A stretch of 64,000 nucleotides of DNA, from assembly GCA_963726455.1 (NCBI GenBank), contig CAVSCK010000005.1:544001-608000 (forward strand), given 5' to 3'. This document shows, piece by piece, positions 1 to 10,282 of the stretch (within the stretch, counting starts at the first letter, position 1; each line of letters opens with the position of its first letter). A program made the position numbers and the translations under genes. The notes under the pieces were generated by a model. It was given only the letters and a program-made list of their open reading frames with translations. It was not told where the DNA came from and made no database searches. This DNA comes from an uncultured bacterium. Lineage in GTDB: Bacteria; Zixibacteria; MSB-5A5; CAIYYT01.

Positions 1-5
1 CGGAG

Positions 6-476
6 ATGGCGAAGGGCTCGCCTCTGTTGGAAGCATTATTTGCCATCGACGGTGTCCGCGAAGTCTACGTCAACGGCAGCAGTCTGACCATTGCGAAATC
101 GTCTCCTGAACCCTGGCAGGTCTTCGGCAAACAGATCGGACAGGTAATTCGTGAGCAGTTCATGTCCGGCAAGCAGCTGATCGTCACCGATGCGCCCAAG
201 GCGAGTATGTCTGACGAGCAAATTCGAACCGAAATCGAAGATTTGTTCTCGAACGAGATCAATCCGGCGCTCTCGGGACACGGCGGCTTTGTTGAACTGG
301 TCGAAGTCAAAGCCGGTGCCGTCTATTTGCGCATGTCGGGCGGATGCCAGGGTTGCGGCGCTGCCAGCATCACACTCAAACATGGTATCGAGCGCGCCAT
401 ACTGACTCGTGTGCCGCAAGTTGCCGAAGTGGTTGATGTCACTGATCATACCGCCGGTGCGAATCCGTTTTATTGA
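6..476 (+). CDS. NifU/Nfu-type Fe-S cluster carrier (possibly 5'-partial)
   Basis: NifU-N scaffold-like region followed by INPALSGHGGFVELV...MSGGCQGC motif and DVTDH..GANPFY end. Confidence 0.85.
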   Translation: MAKGSPLLEALFAIDGVREVYVNGSSLTIAKSSPEPWQVFGKQIGQVIREQFMSGKQLIVTDAPKASMSDEQIRTEIEDLFSNEINPALSGHGGFVELVEVKAGAVYLRMSGGCQGCGAASITLKHGIERAILTRVPQVAEVVDVTDHTAGANPFY

Positions 477-870
477 TTCGAACATCCCGCCGAAATTCTT
501 CCGTCAGTGAAATCGTTTTCATGCAGGTGCATTGTCGCCGCAATCAGAGTACTGCTATGCTATGAGACCTGCGCGAGGTCAAATGCATTTCACTACAACA
601 GCACTCCAAAAATCTCGACTACGGTTATTAGTAGAGGCATGTTTGCAAAAATGATGTTTCGATACGATCGAAGAGTGTTTGAGGAGATCTAGTGCGAAGT
701 GCACTCAGAACATCAAACTCCGACGGCTGATTCTAACCAGCGTTTGAACATTGCGTTAACGAAAGGCAAATGATACGCGCAGCGAGATACCGAATAGCTC
801 CAAAAATCGGAGCGTCGAAGTAGCTGCATTTCAAGGCGTTCGCAAACCTGCCGATTTTTCCGAAAATCGC

Positions 871-899
871 TTGACTTGGGATGTGCGGCGCGGTATATT
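871..899 (+). promoter_or_regulatory. sigma70-type promoter of dnaA
   Basis: TTGACT-17 nt-TATATT about 220 nt upstream of the dnaA ATG. Confidence 0.65.
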
Positions 900-916
900 C
901 AACCTCGGAAGTCACT

Positions 917-958
917 GGTAGATAACATGTTAACAAGATGTGGAAATCCTGTTGACAA
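917..958. promoter_or_regulatory. Four phased DnaA-box-like 9-mers in the dnaA leader
   Basis: GGTAGATAA(917), TGTTAACAA(928), TGTGGAAAT(939), TGTTGACAA(950); 11-bp period; similar to TGTGGATAA. Confidence 0.6.
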
Positions 959-1122
959 CATGAGACATCGCCAGAGGGGCTTGCGACTAGAGGGGCGAGT
1001 TCTCAATTAGTGCAGCGAGTGGGTAGACATGAGAAGAGGTACGGCAGAGAAGAATGGGAGACCCTTGCTCTGGTTGTGCGGGTCTCTCTGAAAGACTTTG
1101 CTTAGTTTGGAGTGGGGAGACC

Positions 1123-2485
1123 ATGCAGGAGCAAATTAGTATTCTTTGGGATAGATGTCTGTCTCAGTTGTCAAAAAGAGTCAAGAAGAATTCCTTTTTC
1201 ACGTGGCTGAAACCGACAGAAGCCGAGTATGTCGACAGCCAGTCATTCAACATCGTGGTTCCGAATCGTTTCGCCGCCAACTGGATTGAGGAAAGATATC
1301 GGCCGCTGATTTCGCAAGTGCTGACCGAAGTTTCCGAAGCCGGATGGAATTTCGGCGTCAAAGTTCGCAAGACACCGTTTCAGGCGGAGATTTTCGAAGC
1401 GGACGACGATGACGAACCAGCTGTTGTCATCAGCAAACCGAAGGGCACTGCTCAGCCAACACCTAAACTCAATCCGCGCTATCGTTTCGAGAATTTCGTC
1501 GTCGGTGATTCAAACCAGTTCGCTTATGCCGCCTGCCAGGCGGTGGCGGAGAATCCGGGCGAGAATCGTTACAATCCCGCTCTTTATTTACGGCGGTTCA
1601 GGCCTCGGCAAGACTCATTTGGTGCAGGCGATCGGCAACGACATCTGTGAAAGCAACGGCACCCACACCATTCTTTATGTTACCAGCGAAGAGTTCACCA
1701 ACGACTTCATTCGTTCTCTCGGCTCCAAATCGGTGCATGAGTTTGTCAATCGCTATCGTTCGGTTGATGTGCTGCTGCTGGATGACATTCAGTTCTTCAC
1801 CGGCAAAGAATCAACACAGGAGCAGTTCTTTCACACATTCAATGCGCTGCATCAGGAAGGCAAGCAGATTGTTCTGACTGCGGACCGTCCGCCGAAGAAC
1901 ATTCTCGGACTGGAAGAACGCTTGCTCTCGCGCTTTAGTTGGGGTCTGGTGGCCGATATTCAGCCGCCGTCACTGGAAACTCGCATCGCCATTCTGCAGA
2001 AGAAGGCCGACTGCGATGGTGTAACTGTGCCGCAAGGATGTGTTGACTTATGTTGCCGACTCGATTACTTCCAATGTCCGTGAACTCGAAGGGGCATTGG
2101 TGCGATTGATCGCCTATTCAGCTCGCTGCGTCAGAAGGACTTGACCATTGCCGTGGCCCAGGAAGTTCTCAAGGATACGATCAGATCCAAGTCGCAGCAA
2201 ATCACCATTGAGCAGATTCAAAAGAAGGTTGCGCAGTACTACAAGATCTCCGAGGAAATGCTGAAGGCAAAGAAGAAGAGTCAGGAGATTGTCAATGCGC
2301 GGCAGATTGCAATGTATCTCTGCCGGACCTTGACAACGTCATCGCTCAAGATGATCGGCGCCAAGTTCGGCAATCGTGATCATTCTACGGTCATTCATGC
2401 CTGTCAGCAAGTGACCGAGAATATCAAATCATCGATTGATTACAAACTGCAGATTGACCAATTAATCAATCAAATGTATAGTTGA
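1123..2485 (+). CDS. dnaA: Chromosomal replication initiator DnaA (split by about 3 apparent frameshifts)
   Basis: [28 protein letters not shown] (Walker A), [23 protein letters not shown]...[12 protein letters not shown] across ORFs 1054-1650, 1409-2083 and 2141-2485; ATG 1123 follows GGGGAG. Confidence 0.95.
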
Positions 2486-2744
2486 GAAACTGTTGATTAG
2501 ATGTTACGGAAGTGTGTGGAGCAATGAGTGGAAAGCTGATCATATCACATGCAGAAATGTTAATAATGTTGATAAATCACATTTCTCATTTCCACAGGTT
2601 ATCAGATGAGTCTATGTTGTTCCATTACTAGGACTCTACTCTTTATCAATCAACATTTCCACAGTATTATTACTGTTGTTGATTTGATAACTTAAGATAG
2701 AATATAATAAGGGCTGTGGTGTACAAACCTAAAGGAGCCGGAAG
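2486..2744. other. Putative oriC (dnaA-dnaN intergenic region)
   Basis: AT-rich; DnaA-box-like TGTTGATTA(2491), TGTTGATAA(2567), ATTTCCACA(2588, 2655); last box followed by trio-like TATTATTACTGTTGTTGA. Confidence 0.75.
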
Positions 2745-3856
2745 ATGAAATTCAGCGTCACGACAGATAAGCTTCAATCTGCACTTAGCCGCAGTCATGA
2801 GTGCTGTACCTGCCAAATCAGCTTTACCGATTCTTGGTAATGTCTTGCTGGAAGCAGAGGGCAAATCACTTAAGCTATCAACGACTGATCTGGAAATTTC
2901 GATTACGACATCGATCGAAGCCAAGGTTACCAAGAAAGGTTCAGTGGCAATTCCGGCCAAGAAATTTGCAGAAATCATTGATGCCTTGCCACAGACTGAT
3001 ATTGAGATCGAAGCGATAAATAATCGCATTGAAATGCGTTTCGGTACCGGTGACTACAAGATTGCCGGAATGCCGGCGGATGAATTTCCACGGTTGCCGG
3101 AAGTTAATCCAGCAAAAGAAATCAAAATACCGGCTGATGTCTTGCGCCGGATGATTCACAAGACCGCCTATGCCGCTTCCAACGATGAAACTCGACCGGC
3201 TCTGAATGGCATTCTCTGGCAGACCTCCGGTGAGAAGATGAAAATGGTGGCGACCGACGGTCACCGTCTGGCGAAGATCGAAGCCGACAATACCAAACTT
3301 CAGGGTTTGTATGGCGACATGATTGTGCCACCACGAGCGCTGAATCTTGTCAGTCGTCTGGCCGTTGACGGCATCACGGAAGTCGGCGTGATCTTCAATG
3401 AAAATAGTCTGATTTTCACCTGCGGTGAGCAACACGATTTCCACGCGCGTGATCGAGGGACCGTACCCCAACTACGAGCAGGTAATCCCCAAGTACAACA
3501 ACAAGAGTTTGATCGTCGCCAAATCACTATTGGCCGATACGGTGCGTCGTGTGGCGATCTTGTCGAATACTCTGACCCATCAGGTCAAATTCTCGATCAG
3601 CAAGAACACGCTGCAACTCTCGGCAACCAACGTCGATTTCGGCGGCGAAGCGGTCGAGAAACTACCCTGCCAGTACGATGGCGAGGATATCGAAATCGGT
3701 TACAACGCGCACTATGTGCTGGACATCCTCAAGCAGTTGGAATGTGACGAAGTTAAGTTCTCACTGTCAACGGCTGTCTCGGCGGCGATCATCACGACGA
3801 TGGAACCGACCAGCGATTATGTCTGTCTGGTGATGCCGCTGCGGTTGGCGGATTAG
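2745..3856 (+). CDS. dnaN: DNA polymerase III beta clamp (2 apparent frameshifts, ~2790 and ~3428)
   Basis: AAGGAG RBS then MKFSV; LPILGNVLL, TTDLEI, VATDGHRLA, IEGPYPNYEQVIP, LVMPLRL. Confidence 0.95.
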
Positions 3857-3862
3857 CTTCAG

Positions 3863-3970
3863 GTAGGTCAAAACCGCTTGGATTTGATTATTTGGTAGGT
3901 CGAAACCCCTTGTGGAGATGCGTTAGTTGATCGACACGCGCACAAGGGGTTTCGACATTTGCGGACCTAC
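3863..3970. repeat. GTAG-headed long palindrome (family C: GTAGGTCGAAACCCC...GGGGTTTCGAC)
   Basis: GTCGAAACCCCTTGTG...CACAAGGGGTTTCGAC stem; related copy at 44413-44567. Confidence 0.75.
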
Positions 3971-4062
3971 TAATGAAGTAGTTGGATCAAGCGTCATTGT
4001 TGTTTGTATCTACAACTGACAATATCGAGACGAAGTTGATAGAAACAATGGAGGGTACCATC

Positions 4063-4500
4063 GTGAAATCCAAAATCATATTCAGCGTTCTTGTTATGAT
4101 CGTCGGGCTTGTTGCTGTTGTGTTCGCGCAAACCGAACAGCCGGCCGAGAAGCCACAGGTTGCGGCGTCATCGGGGATAACGGTAGAGGCCGAAGTGTGT
4201 ACGGCGGTGAGTGATCGTCAACCGTCCGGGACGGCGAGCAGTTTCGGCGCCGATGTCGGCTCGCTTTACTGCTGGTGCAAGGTGACCGGCATGAAGGGTG
4301 AAGGCAGCATCAAGCATATCTGGTCATACGAAGGCAAAGAGATGCGGACAATCGAGCTGCCGGTGAAGACGAGCGCCTTTCGCACCTGGAGCCAGAAGAA
4401 TATTGCGCCATCGGCAACGGGCAATTGGGAAGTGAAGATTGTCGACGCGTCGGGGAATGAGTTGAAGACGGTGAAGTTCACGGTGGGGGAGAAGAAGTAG
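4063..4500 (+). CDS. Secreted DUF2914-like protein
   Basis: Signal peptide, LYCWCKV...IKHIW...FRTWSQK...GNWEVKIVD pattern; GTG start after GGAGG. Confidence 0.7.
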   Translation: MKSKIIFSVLVMIVGLVAVVFAQTEQPAEKPQVAASSGITVEAEVCTAVSDRQPSGTASSFGADVGSLYCWCKVTGMKGEGSIKHIWSYEGKEMRTIELPVKTSAFRTWSQKNIAPSATGNWEVKIVDASGNELKTVKFTVGEKK

Positions 4501-4584
4501 AAGCAGGTCGCGGCGCACGGGGATTGCCTGAAACTGACTGAGGATGATTCGCGGCGCACGAGGACGTACGCCGCGCACTGACTG
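4433..4584 (+). repeat. Direct repeat copy 1: 3' end of DUF2914 gene plus downstream palindrome
   Basis: TGAAGATTGTCGA...GAGAAGAAGTAGAAGCAGGTCGCGGCGCACG...GGACGTACGCCGCGCACTGACTG recurs at 5268-5378. Confidence 0.9.
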
Positions 4585-4620
4585 GTACAGACTCATCAGA
4601 TGGGTTACAGATTGAGGTAG

Positions 4621-5067
4621 ATGAATTCGGGCCTAACTAAGATACTGTGGTCGGTTGTAATAAGTGCCACTTGCTTGGTGACGGCGTGCGAATGTCCCGA
4701 GCCAACGTCTGACGAAATCGAGTTTTCGCAGTTTGTGGGAACATATAAAGCCGAGTTTGGCACGGCTTTAGTCGATGAACTGAAGTTTGCGGCTGATTCT
4801 ACCTACGTTCACCGATTTCAAAGCAAGGATGGTACTTTTCTGGCCGACAGAAATCACTTCAGGTTAATCCAGAATGGCGGGTTTTACACGGTCATGCTCG
4901 AGGGATTCCTCCTTCTGGATCAGCAAGAATCTTGCTGGATTTTCTCTGATTCGATGGACTACTGGAAACGTCCCAGGAGCATCGGACTATCGGTCAAGAG
5001 GCGTGGCGAAAGGCAATCGATTGCGCTTTGCGCGGAAGAACGAAAGTACTATGTCAAGGTCAAATAG
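4621..5067 (+). CDS. Hypothetical lipoprotein
   Basis: GAGG RBS, hydrophobic N-terminus ending LVTAC lipobox. Confidence 0.6.
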   Translation: MNSGLTKILWSVVISATCLVTACECPEPTSDEIEFSQFVGTYKAEFGTALVDELKFAADSTYVHRFQSKDGTFLADRNHFRLIQNGGFYTVMLEGFLLLDQQESCWIFSDSMDYWKRPRSIGLSVKRRGERQSIALCAEERKYYVKVK

Positions 5068-5149
5068 GCCGGACTTGTGCGCCGCGGAAGCTGCTCTTGA
5101 GATTAGCGTTGAATAGGAAATCGAAATGGTAGTGCGGAAGCGTCTTGAC

Positions 5150-5265
5150 TTTGTACCCCACCCAAAGGCTTCCGGCGGGTGGGTTTTTGCTTTGATAGCT
5201 GACAACTGTGTTTATAGATTATCGCACCGATGAAGATTGAGCATCACGGCCGGCTGGGGTACAAA
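5150..5265. repeat. MITE/REP-like element with 11-bp terminal inverted repeats (family D)
   Basis: TTTGTACCCCA(5150)...TGGGGTACAAA(5255); internal CCCACCC...GGGTGGG hairpin; related units at ~5386, ~5870, ~37650, ~44843. Confidence 0.6.
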
Positions 5266-5267
5266 CT

Positions 5268-5378
5268 TGAAGATTGTCGATGCCTCGGGGAATGAGTTGA
5301 AGACGTTGAAGTTCACGGTGGGAGAGAAGAAGTAGAAGCAGGTCGCGGCGCACGAGGACGTACGCCGCGCACTGACTG
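5268..5378 (+). repeat. Direct repeat copy 2 (diverged 3' end of DUF2914 gene)
   Basis: Encodes KIVDASGNELKTLKFTVGEKK* with a few substitutions versus copy 1. Confidence 0.9.
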
Positions 5379-5439
5379 AATCAAGAACCCACCCGCCGCA
5401 AGCTCTGGGTGGTGTAGGGACTAGGATGGAGGCCAGGGC

Positions 5440-5784
5440 ATGACCTTAACTGAAGCTACTGCAAGCCGGCTGGCACGACGGAGGAGGATGTTCAAAATCC
5501 TGTTGCTAGCGTATGTGAGTTATCTCGTTATCGCCGGCGTCTGCTTGGGCATTCTCCAATTGGATGAAGTCGACACTACCGACCAGGGCATGGCGTTATT
5601 CATCGTCTTCTTGCTGCTCGCAGAATTGGGGGCGTTTTGCATACCACTGCTGGGGCTACTTGTGTGGGGTTTGACGCTCTATCATGATCTGAGAAAACGT
5701 TTCATCGTCCTTATCACTGCTGTATCTGTCTGGGTCGCATTTGCAGCATATTCATGGATCTGGCTTCTGAAAGCTCCGATCTGA
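5440..5784 (+). CDS. Hypothetical 3-TM membrane protein
   Basis: GGAGG RBS; three hydrophobic segments. Confidence 0.6.
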   Translation: MTLTEATASRLARRRRMFKILLLAYVSYLVIAGVCLGILQLDEVDTTDQGMALFIVFLLLAELGAFCIPLLGLLVWGLTLYHDLRKRFIVLITAVSVWVAFAAYSWIWLLKAPI

Positions 5785-5923
5785 GCCTAGTTTGGTGGGT
5801 CAGGCCTATTCCCGGGCACTCGTCGGAGGATTATCTTGCTAGCAGTAGACATTGCAACCATCGAATGAAAAACCCACCCCTCGCAAGCTCAGGATGAGGT
5901 ACAAATCCCGCAGATGAATCAGG

Positions 5924-6433
5924 TTATTCCAAGTCCTCGAAGACGCGGATGACGTCGTAAGGTTGTTGGGCGGACATGACGCGGTCGTAGAAGCCGTCGG
6001 CGGAGAAGATCGTGGCCAGGGCGCGGAACACTCGCAGATATAATGTGTCATCATAAGGGGGCGCCGCCATCGGGACAAAGATATGCGCCGGTTGGCCATC
6101 GAGGGCGTCGAAATCATAACCGGAGGTCGAACGCAGGACGGCGATAACCAATTCCTTGGCCTGCATAGTGCGGATATGCGGGATGACGATTCCTCTGCCG
6201 ATCGCAGTCGAGGCCTTCTTCTCGCGATTAAACATATCGGTAAGAAGCTTGCTCTTGTTGGAGACGCGACCGGACTGGTCGAGCAGTTCGGCGCATTCGG
6301 CCAGAAGTGTCCGCTTGCGCTCAAGCTGCTTCCTGGACGTGAGCGGTCCGGCCTCCTCGTCGTTGGCGTCGTCAAACGAGGTCACCATTTCGAGGCGAAT
6401 CAGTTCCGGTCGTAAGAGTCTTGATATCTGCAA
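5924..6433 (-). CDS. PTS EIIA (fructose/nitrogen-type) domain protein
   Basis: REKKASTAIGRGIVIPHIR motif, DFDALDGQP. Confidence 0.85.
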   Translation of the reverse strand: MQISRLLRPELIRLEMVTSFDDANDEEAGPLTSRKQLERKRTLLAECAELLDQSGRVSNKSKLLTDMFNREKKASTAIGRGIVIPHIRTMQAKELVIAVLRSTSGYDFDALDGQPAHIFVPMAAPPYDDTLYLRVFRALATIFSADGFYDRVMSAQQPYDVIRVFEDLE

Positions 6434-6822
6434 CTTAAGCTTCCTTATCGGCCTTTATCGGTAAAATCGTCCCGGTTCCTTACCGGCCGAAATTGACGTC
6501 CGCGATAAATCAAAGCAGGATAATCGGTTTTGTCAACAGTCTGATTGGCGTCCATCTGCAGAATCCACTTCAACGAACATTTCTAACTGTCTAATAAATA
6601 GACAGTTGCGCAGCCGGTGTCCAGTGGTTTTTGCTTGACTTTATCAGGGCTGGATTTATATTTGAGGCGGCTAAATGTCTAGATACTGTCGGGGCTTTCT
6701 GTTTATATCCAGCTGGAAGCTACTTGCCTATCATCGGATTGATCGCTCGCAAAATTGAAGAATTCTATCTGCCCCGCCGACGGGGTACTTGTTATAAAAA
6801 CGTTTACTGGAGGAACTCTCCG

Positions 6823-9123
6823 ATGAGAAGTCTCTATATGACTTTAGGTAAAGTTGTTACGACGGCGTTGGTGCTCTTGCTGCTATTGGCTATGCCGTTG
6901 AGCGCCCAGGGCACGCCGCTCTACCGCAACTTTGGGTCTCTGCCTGAGGTCGATGCGGCCGCCGGTTTTCCATGCTCGATGTCGCTTCATCTAAGCAATG
7001 AATCGGCACTGAAGCAGGTGACGATTCCGCTGAAGATCTACCTTTCAGATTTTATCAATGTCGACTCGATCTCTTATGCGGGGAGTCGCTTTGATGGACT
7101 CGGTGCTGCATCGTCTGTTATCGACAACGTCAATCACACGATGGTGATCGACTTTCTCGCCAGCAGCAAAGACCCCAACACTGCTTCGTTCCTGCCACCA
7201 GGTGTCGGCGATATCGCGACGATCTATTTGAGTGTAGCGTCGAATGCCACGCCGGGTGAAGTCAGAGTCGATACTACTCAGGAATTGTTGGCCTACAGCT
7301 ACCAATTGGTTGATACCAGTGGTGCGCAAGTGGCGGATTATTTCGTGCAGGGTGTGCTGAAGGTCCGCGGCCGGGCGCCGGTGATTCATCTCGAGCCGAC
7401 GGTATTCAACTTCTTCACCGTTGTCGGCAACAATCCGGGACCGGATACGCTGCATATCACCAACCTCGGAGTTGATCCGCTTAACTGGCACATCACTCAT
7501 AAGCCGGACTGGCTGAGTCTGTCGGATTCGCAGGGAACAGCGCCAAGTAACGTTGGCCTGAACCCGATCGTGGCAGCGTTCCCGATCGGCGAGTTGCACG
7601 ACTCAATCGCAGTGACGGATACCTTCGCGGTGGAAAAATCAGTTTGGGCATTCATAAATGTGACAATTACCCAGGAGCCGGTCGCGACTGTGGCGGGCAC
7701 AGTGCAGGATACGCTGGGAGTAAATCTGGCGGGCGCCACGGTGGAACTGTGGGACACGTTCCCGGGCGGCACACTGTTGAACTCGACCACGACTGACGGT
7801 CTCGGCAAGTTCGGATTCCTTTCGGTTCCGAACGGCAACTATGTTCTGTATTGCACGAAGACCGGATACTATCCCAAGACGGAGCCGTTCACGGCGCCGA
7901 ATATGAGTATCCTGGTCAAGCTTACGCCGCTGCCGTCGGAAATTACGACCTGCATTCCTCTCAAGCAGGGCTGGAATTTGATCAGTTGGAATCTCGACAC
8001 GCCGGATGACGGTATCGAGACGATCATTGCGAATATCAAGGGCTGTGTTGATGTAATTATGGGATTCGAGCAGGGCGGCGCGACGTACGATCCGTTCCTG
8101 CCGCAGTTCTCCACCCTGAATGTTCTCGATCATCTGCATGGCTACTGGTTCAGAATGCTGTGCGACACGACACTGTGTGTCACAGGTATGAAGGTATCGC
8201 CCGACACGCCAATCGATCTGGAGAAGAACTGGAATCTGGTCAGCTATCTTCCTGACGGCCAGGACTCGACTCAGAATGCGCTGGCGAGTATGCTGGACAA
8301 ACTGGTAGTGGCGCTGGGATTTGATAACGGCGGCATGACCTATGATCCGGCGCAGCCGAATCTGGCGACTCTGCACCTGATGAAGCCGACTTTCGGATAT
8401 TGGCTGAAGACCACGGCAGCGACGACCTTGATCTATCCGGCGCCGTTTGCGGTGAGGCCGATATTTAACAATAATTATGCGCCGATGCCATCATATCGTC
8501 CGGCGCCGGGAATCACGGCGACTCCGGAGTGGGTGGATCTGTTCGGCGAAGGCATAACACTTGACGGAATCTTGATTCCGGCCGGCGCGGTGTTGGCGGC
8601 CTACGACGAAAACGGACATCTCTGCGGACAGGCGGTGGTCGGTTCCTCAGGCAGACTGAGTTTCACGCCGATATATCGCGATGACAAGAGTACGCAGGCG
8701 GTGGAAGGACCGGATTACGGCGGCAAGATCAATTTGACAATCAATGGCACGCCGGTCGTGCAGTCGGTCACGTTCACCAGTTTCGGCGATCGCATTCGCC
8801 TGACGAGTTTGACCTCGCTGTCGAAGGGCTCGGCCAACGTGCCGCGCAATTTCGAACTGGCGCAGAATTATCCGAACCCGTTCAATCCGGGAACATCGAT
8901 TGAGTTTAGTCTGCCGACAATGTCGCGGGCGACTGTGGAAGTATTCAATGTTGTCGGCGAGAAAGTGGCGACATTGATTGATCACTTCCTGCCGGCAGGC
9001 AGATACACAGTTGACTGGGACGGCCTGAATGCCGACCGCAAGCCGGCTGCCTCGGGAATGTACTTCTATCGCTTGAGCGCGGGAGACTTCACCGAGACCA
9101 AAAAAATGATGTTAGTAAAATAG
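6823..9123 (+). CDS. Large secreted protein with cohesin-like N-terminus, carboxypeptidase-regulatory-like Ig domain and FlgD/Por-secretion-tail-like CTD
   Basis: GGAGG RBS, signal peptide, two GWNLIS-type repeats, C-terminal LAQNYPNPFNP...SGMYFYRL...KKMMLVK. Confidence 0.8.
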   Translation: MRSLYMTLGKVVTTALVLLLLLAMPLSAQGTPLYRNFGSLPEVDAAAGFPCSMSLHLSNESALKQVTIPLKIYLSDFINVDSISYAGSRFDGLGAASSVIDNVNHTMVIDFLASSKDPNTASFLPPGVGDIATIYLSVASNATPGEVRVDTTQELLAYSYQLVDTSGAQVADYFVQGVLKVRGRAPVIHLEPTVFNFFTVVGNNPGPDTLHITNLGVDPLNWHITHKPDWLSLSDSQGTAPSNVGLNPIVAAFPIGELHDSIAVTDTFAVEKSVWAFINVTITQEPVATVAGTVQDTLGVNLAGATVELWDTFPGGTLLNSTTTDGLGKFGFLSVPNGNYVLYCTKTGYYPKTEPFTAPNMSILVKLTPLPSEITTCIPLKQGWNLISWNLDTPDDGIETIIANIKGCVDVIMGFEQGGATYDPFLPQFSTLNVLDHLHGYWFRMLCDTTLCVTGMKVSPDTPIDLEKNWNLVSYLPDGQDSTQNALASMLDKLVVALGFDNGGMTYDPAQPNLATLHLMKPTFGYWLKTTAATTLIYPAPFAVRPIFNNNYAPMPSYRPAPGITATPEWVDLFGEGITLDGILIPAGAVLAAYDENGHLCGQAVVGSSGRLSFTPIYRDDKSTQAVEGPDYGGKINLTINGTPVVQSVTFTSFGDRIRLTSLTSLSKGSANVPRNFELAQNYPNPFNPGTSIEFSLPTMSRATVEVFNVVGEKVATLIDHFLPAGRYTVDWDGLNADRKPAASGMYFYRLSAGDFTETKKMMLVK

Positions 9124-9181
9124 ATTGCGGAGTACAGCATGCGTCGTTATCTTGAATATTATCATGAGAGGGTATAAAAAT

Positions 9182-10225
9182 ATGAAAGCGATAACTTTGC
9201 TGATGCGATCGTTGTTGATCGTCGCCATGGCGGCAGTGCCGTTGTTCGCGCAGAGTCCGACTCCGACCGACAACTGGACGGATTTCGGAAGCTTCTCGAG
9301 TACGATTAATGGCGTACTGATCCCGGCCGGTACCGAGATCACGGCCTTCGATCCTCAGGGCGTACTTTGCGGCAAGACGATAACGACGGTTGTCGGCCGG
9401 TATGGCGCTTTGTCGGTTTATGGCGATGATCAGTTTACGCCGTCAGTCGACGAGGGTTGCGTGATGGGCGATCACGTCACATTCAAGATCAACGGAGTCG
9501 TTGCCCATAAGCTTATACAGTATGACGACGTGTGGGCCGGCAAGGGACCGACCAGGATCCTCGATCTGGCGCTCACCGATGCCACCACATTCGGTGTTTC
9601 GGCTAACTCGCCAACGGACGGCAAGGATTCTGCCAAGGCAGTCGTGGTCTATCCGGTGACCGCAAACAATCTGGGTAACGGCACTAATCTGATAGCTTTG
9701 TCAATAACCAGTTCCCATGGTTGGACGGTAACCGGCACTGATTCGGCCGGCCAGTATTACCTGTTAGGCGAATCCAAAGTCCTGGGTGTATCGGTGGCAA
9801 TTCCGCCGCTGACTCCTACCGGAGTGCAGGACACGCTGACGGTTACGGTCTACAGCCGTTTTGATGGGCCATCCACGGTTACGCGCAAGATCGTTACGAC
9901 GGTCGACAACGTCACGGGAGTCGACGGCGACAATTTCAATATTCCGGGAATGTTTACTTTGAATCAGAATTTCCCGAACCCGTTCAACCCAGAGACGGTA
10001 ATTTCGTTTTCGTTGGACAAGCCGGGTGACGTGACGCTGGCGGTGTTTGACATTCTCGGTCGCAGAGTGACGACACTGTACCAAGGATACCTGGCAGCGG
10101 GACAACACCAATTCAGATGGAACGGCACCGACGAGTACGCCAACGGCGTCGCGAGCGGTGTGTATTTCTATCGGTTGTCTTCCGAGCAAGTGAGTTTGAC
10201 GCGCAAGATGGCGTTAATGAAATAA
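9182..10225 (+). CDS. Secreted protein with FlgD/Por-secretion-tail-like CTD
   Basis: Signal peptide; LNQNFPNPFNP...SGVYFYRL...RKMALMK. Confidence 0.8.
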   Translation: MKAITLLMRSLLIVAMAAVPLFAQSPTPTDNWTDFGSFSSTINGVLIPAGTEITAFDPQGVLCGKTITTVVGRYGALSVYGDDQFTPSVDEGCVMGDHVTFKINGVVAHKLIQYDDVWAGKGPTRILDLALTDATTFGVSANSPTDGKDSAKAVVVYPVTANNLGNGTNLIALSITSSHGWTVTGTDSAGQYYLLGESKVLGVSVAIPPLTPTGVQDTLTVTVYSRFDGPSTVTRKIVTTVDNVTGVDGDNFNIPGMFTLNQNFPNPFNPETVISFSLDKPGDVTLAVFDILGRRVTTLYQGYLAAGQHQFRWNGTDEYANGVASGVYFYRLSSEQVSLTRKMALMK

Positions 10226-10250
10226 GAATACCCTCCTTTTTTGTGACAAA

Positions 10251-10282
10251 GAACCCTCGGCTACGGCTGGGGGTTTTTTGTT
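10251..10282 (+). terminator. Probable intrinsic terminator
   Basis: AACCCTCGGC-TACG-GCTGGGGGTT hairpin followed by T run. Confidence 0.55.

Noticed and set aside
1123-3856. dnaA and dnaN as pseudogenes or programmed frameshifts
   Set aside because: Essential genes with intact motifs; similar single-base shifts hit mnmE, yidC and the amylase with no common slippery motif, so sequencing indels are most likely.
4433-5900. Classical integron or prophage att site
   Set aside because: No tyrosine or serine recombinase nearby, no tRNA target, and I could not identify attC R-box ends.
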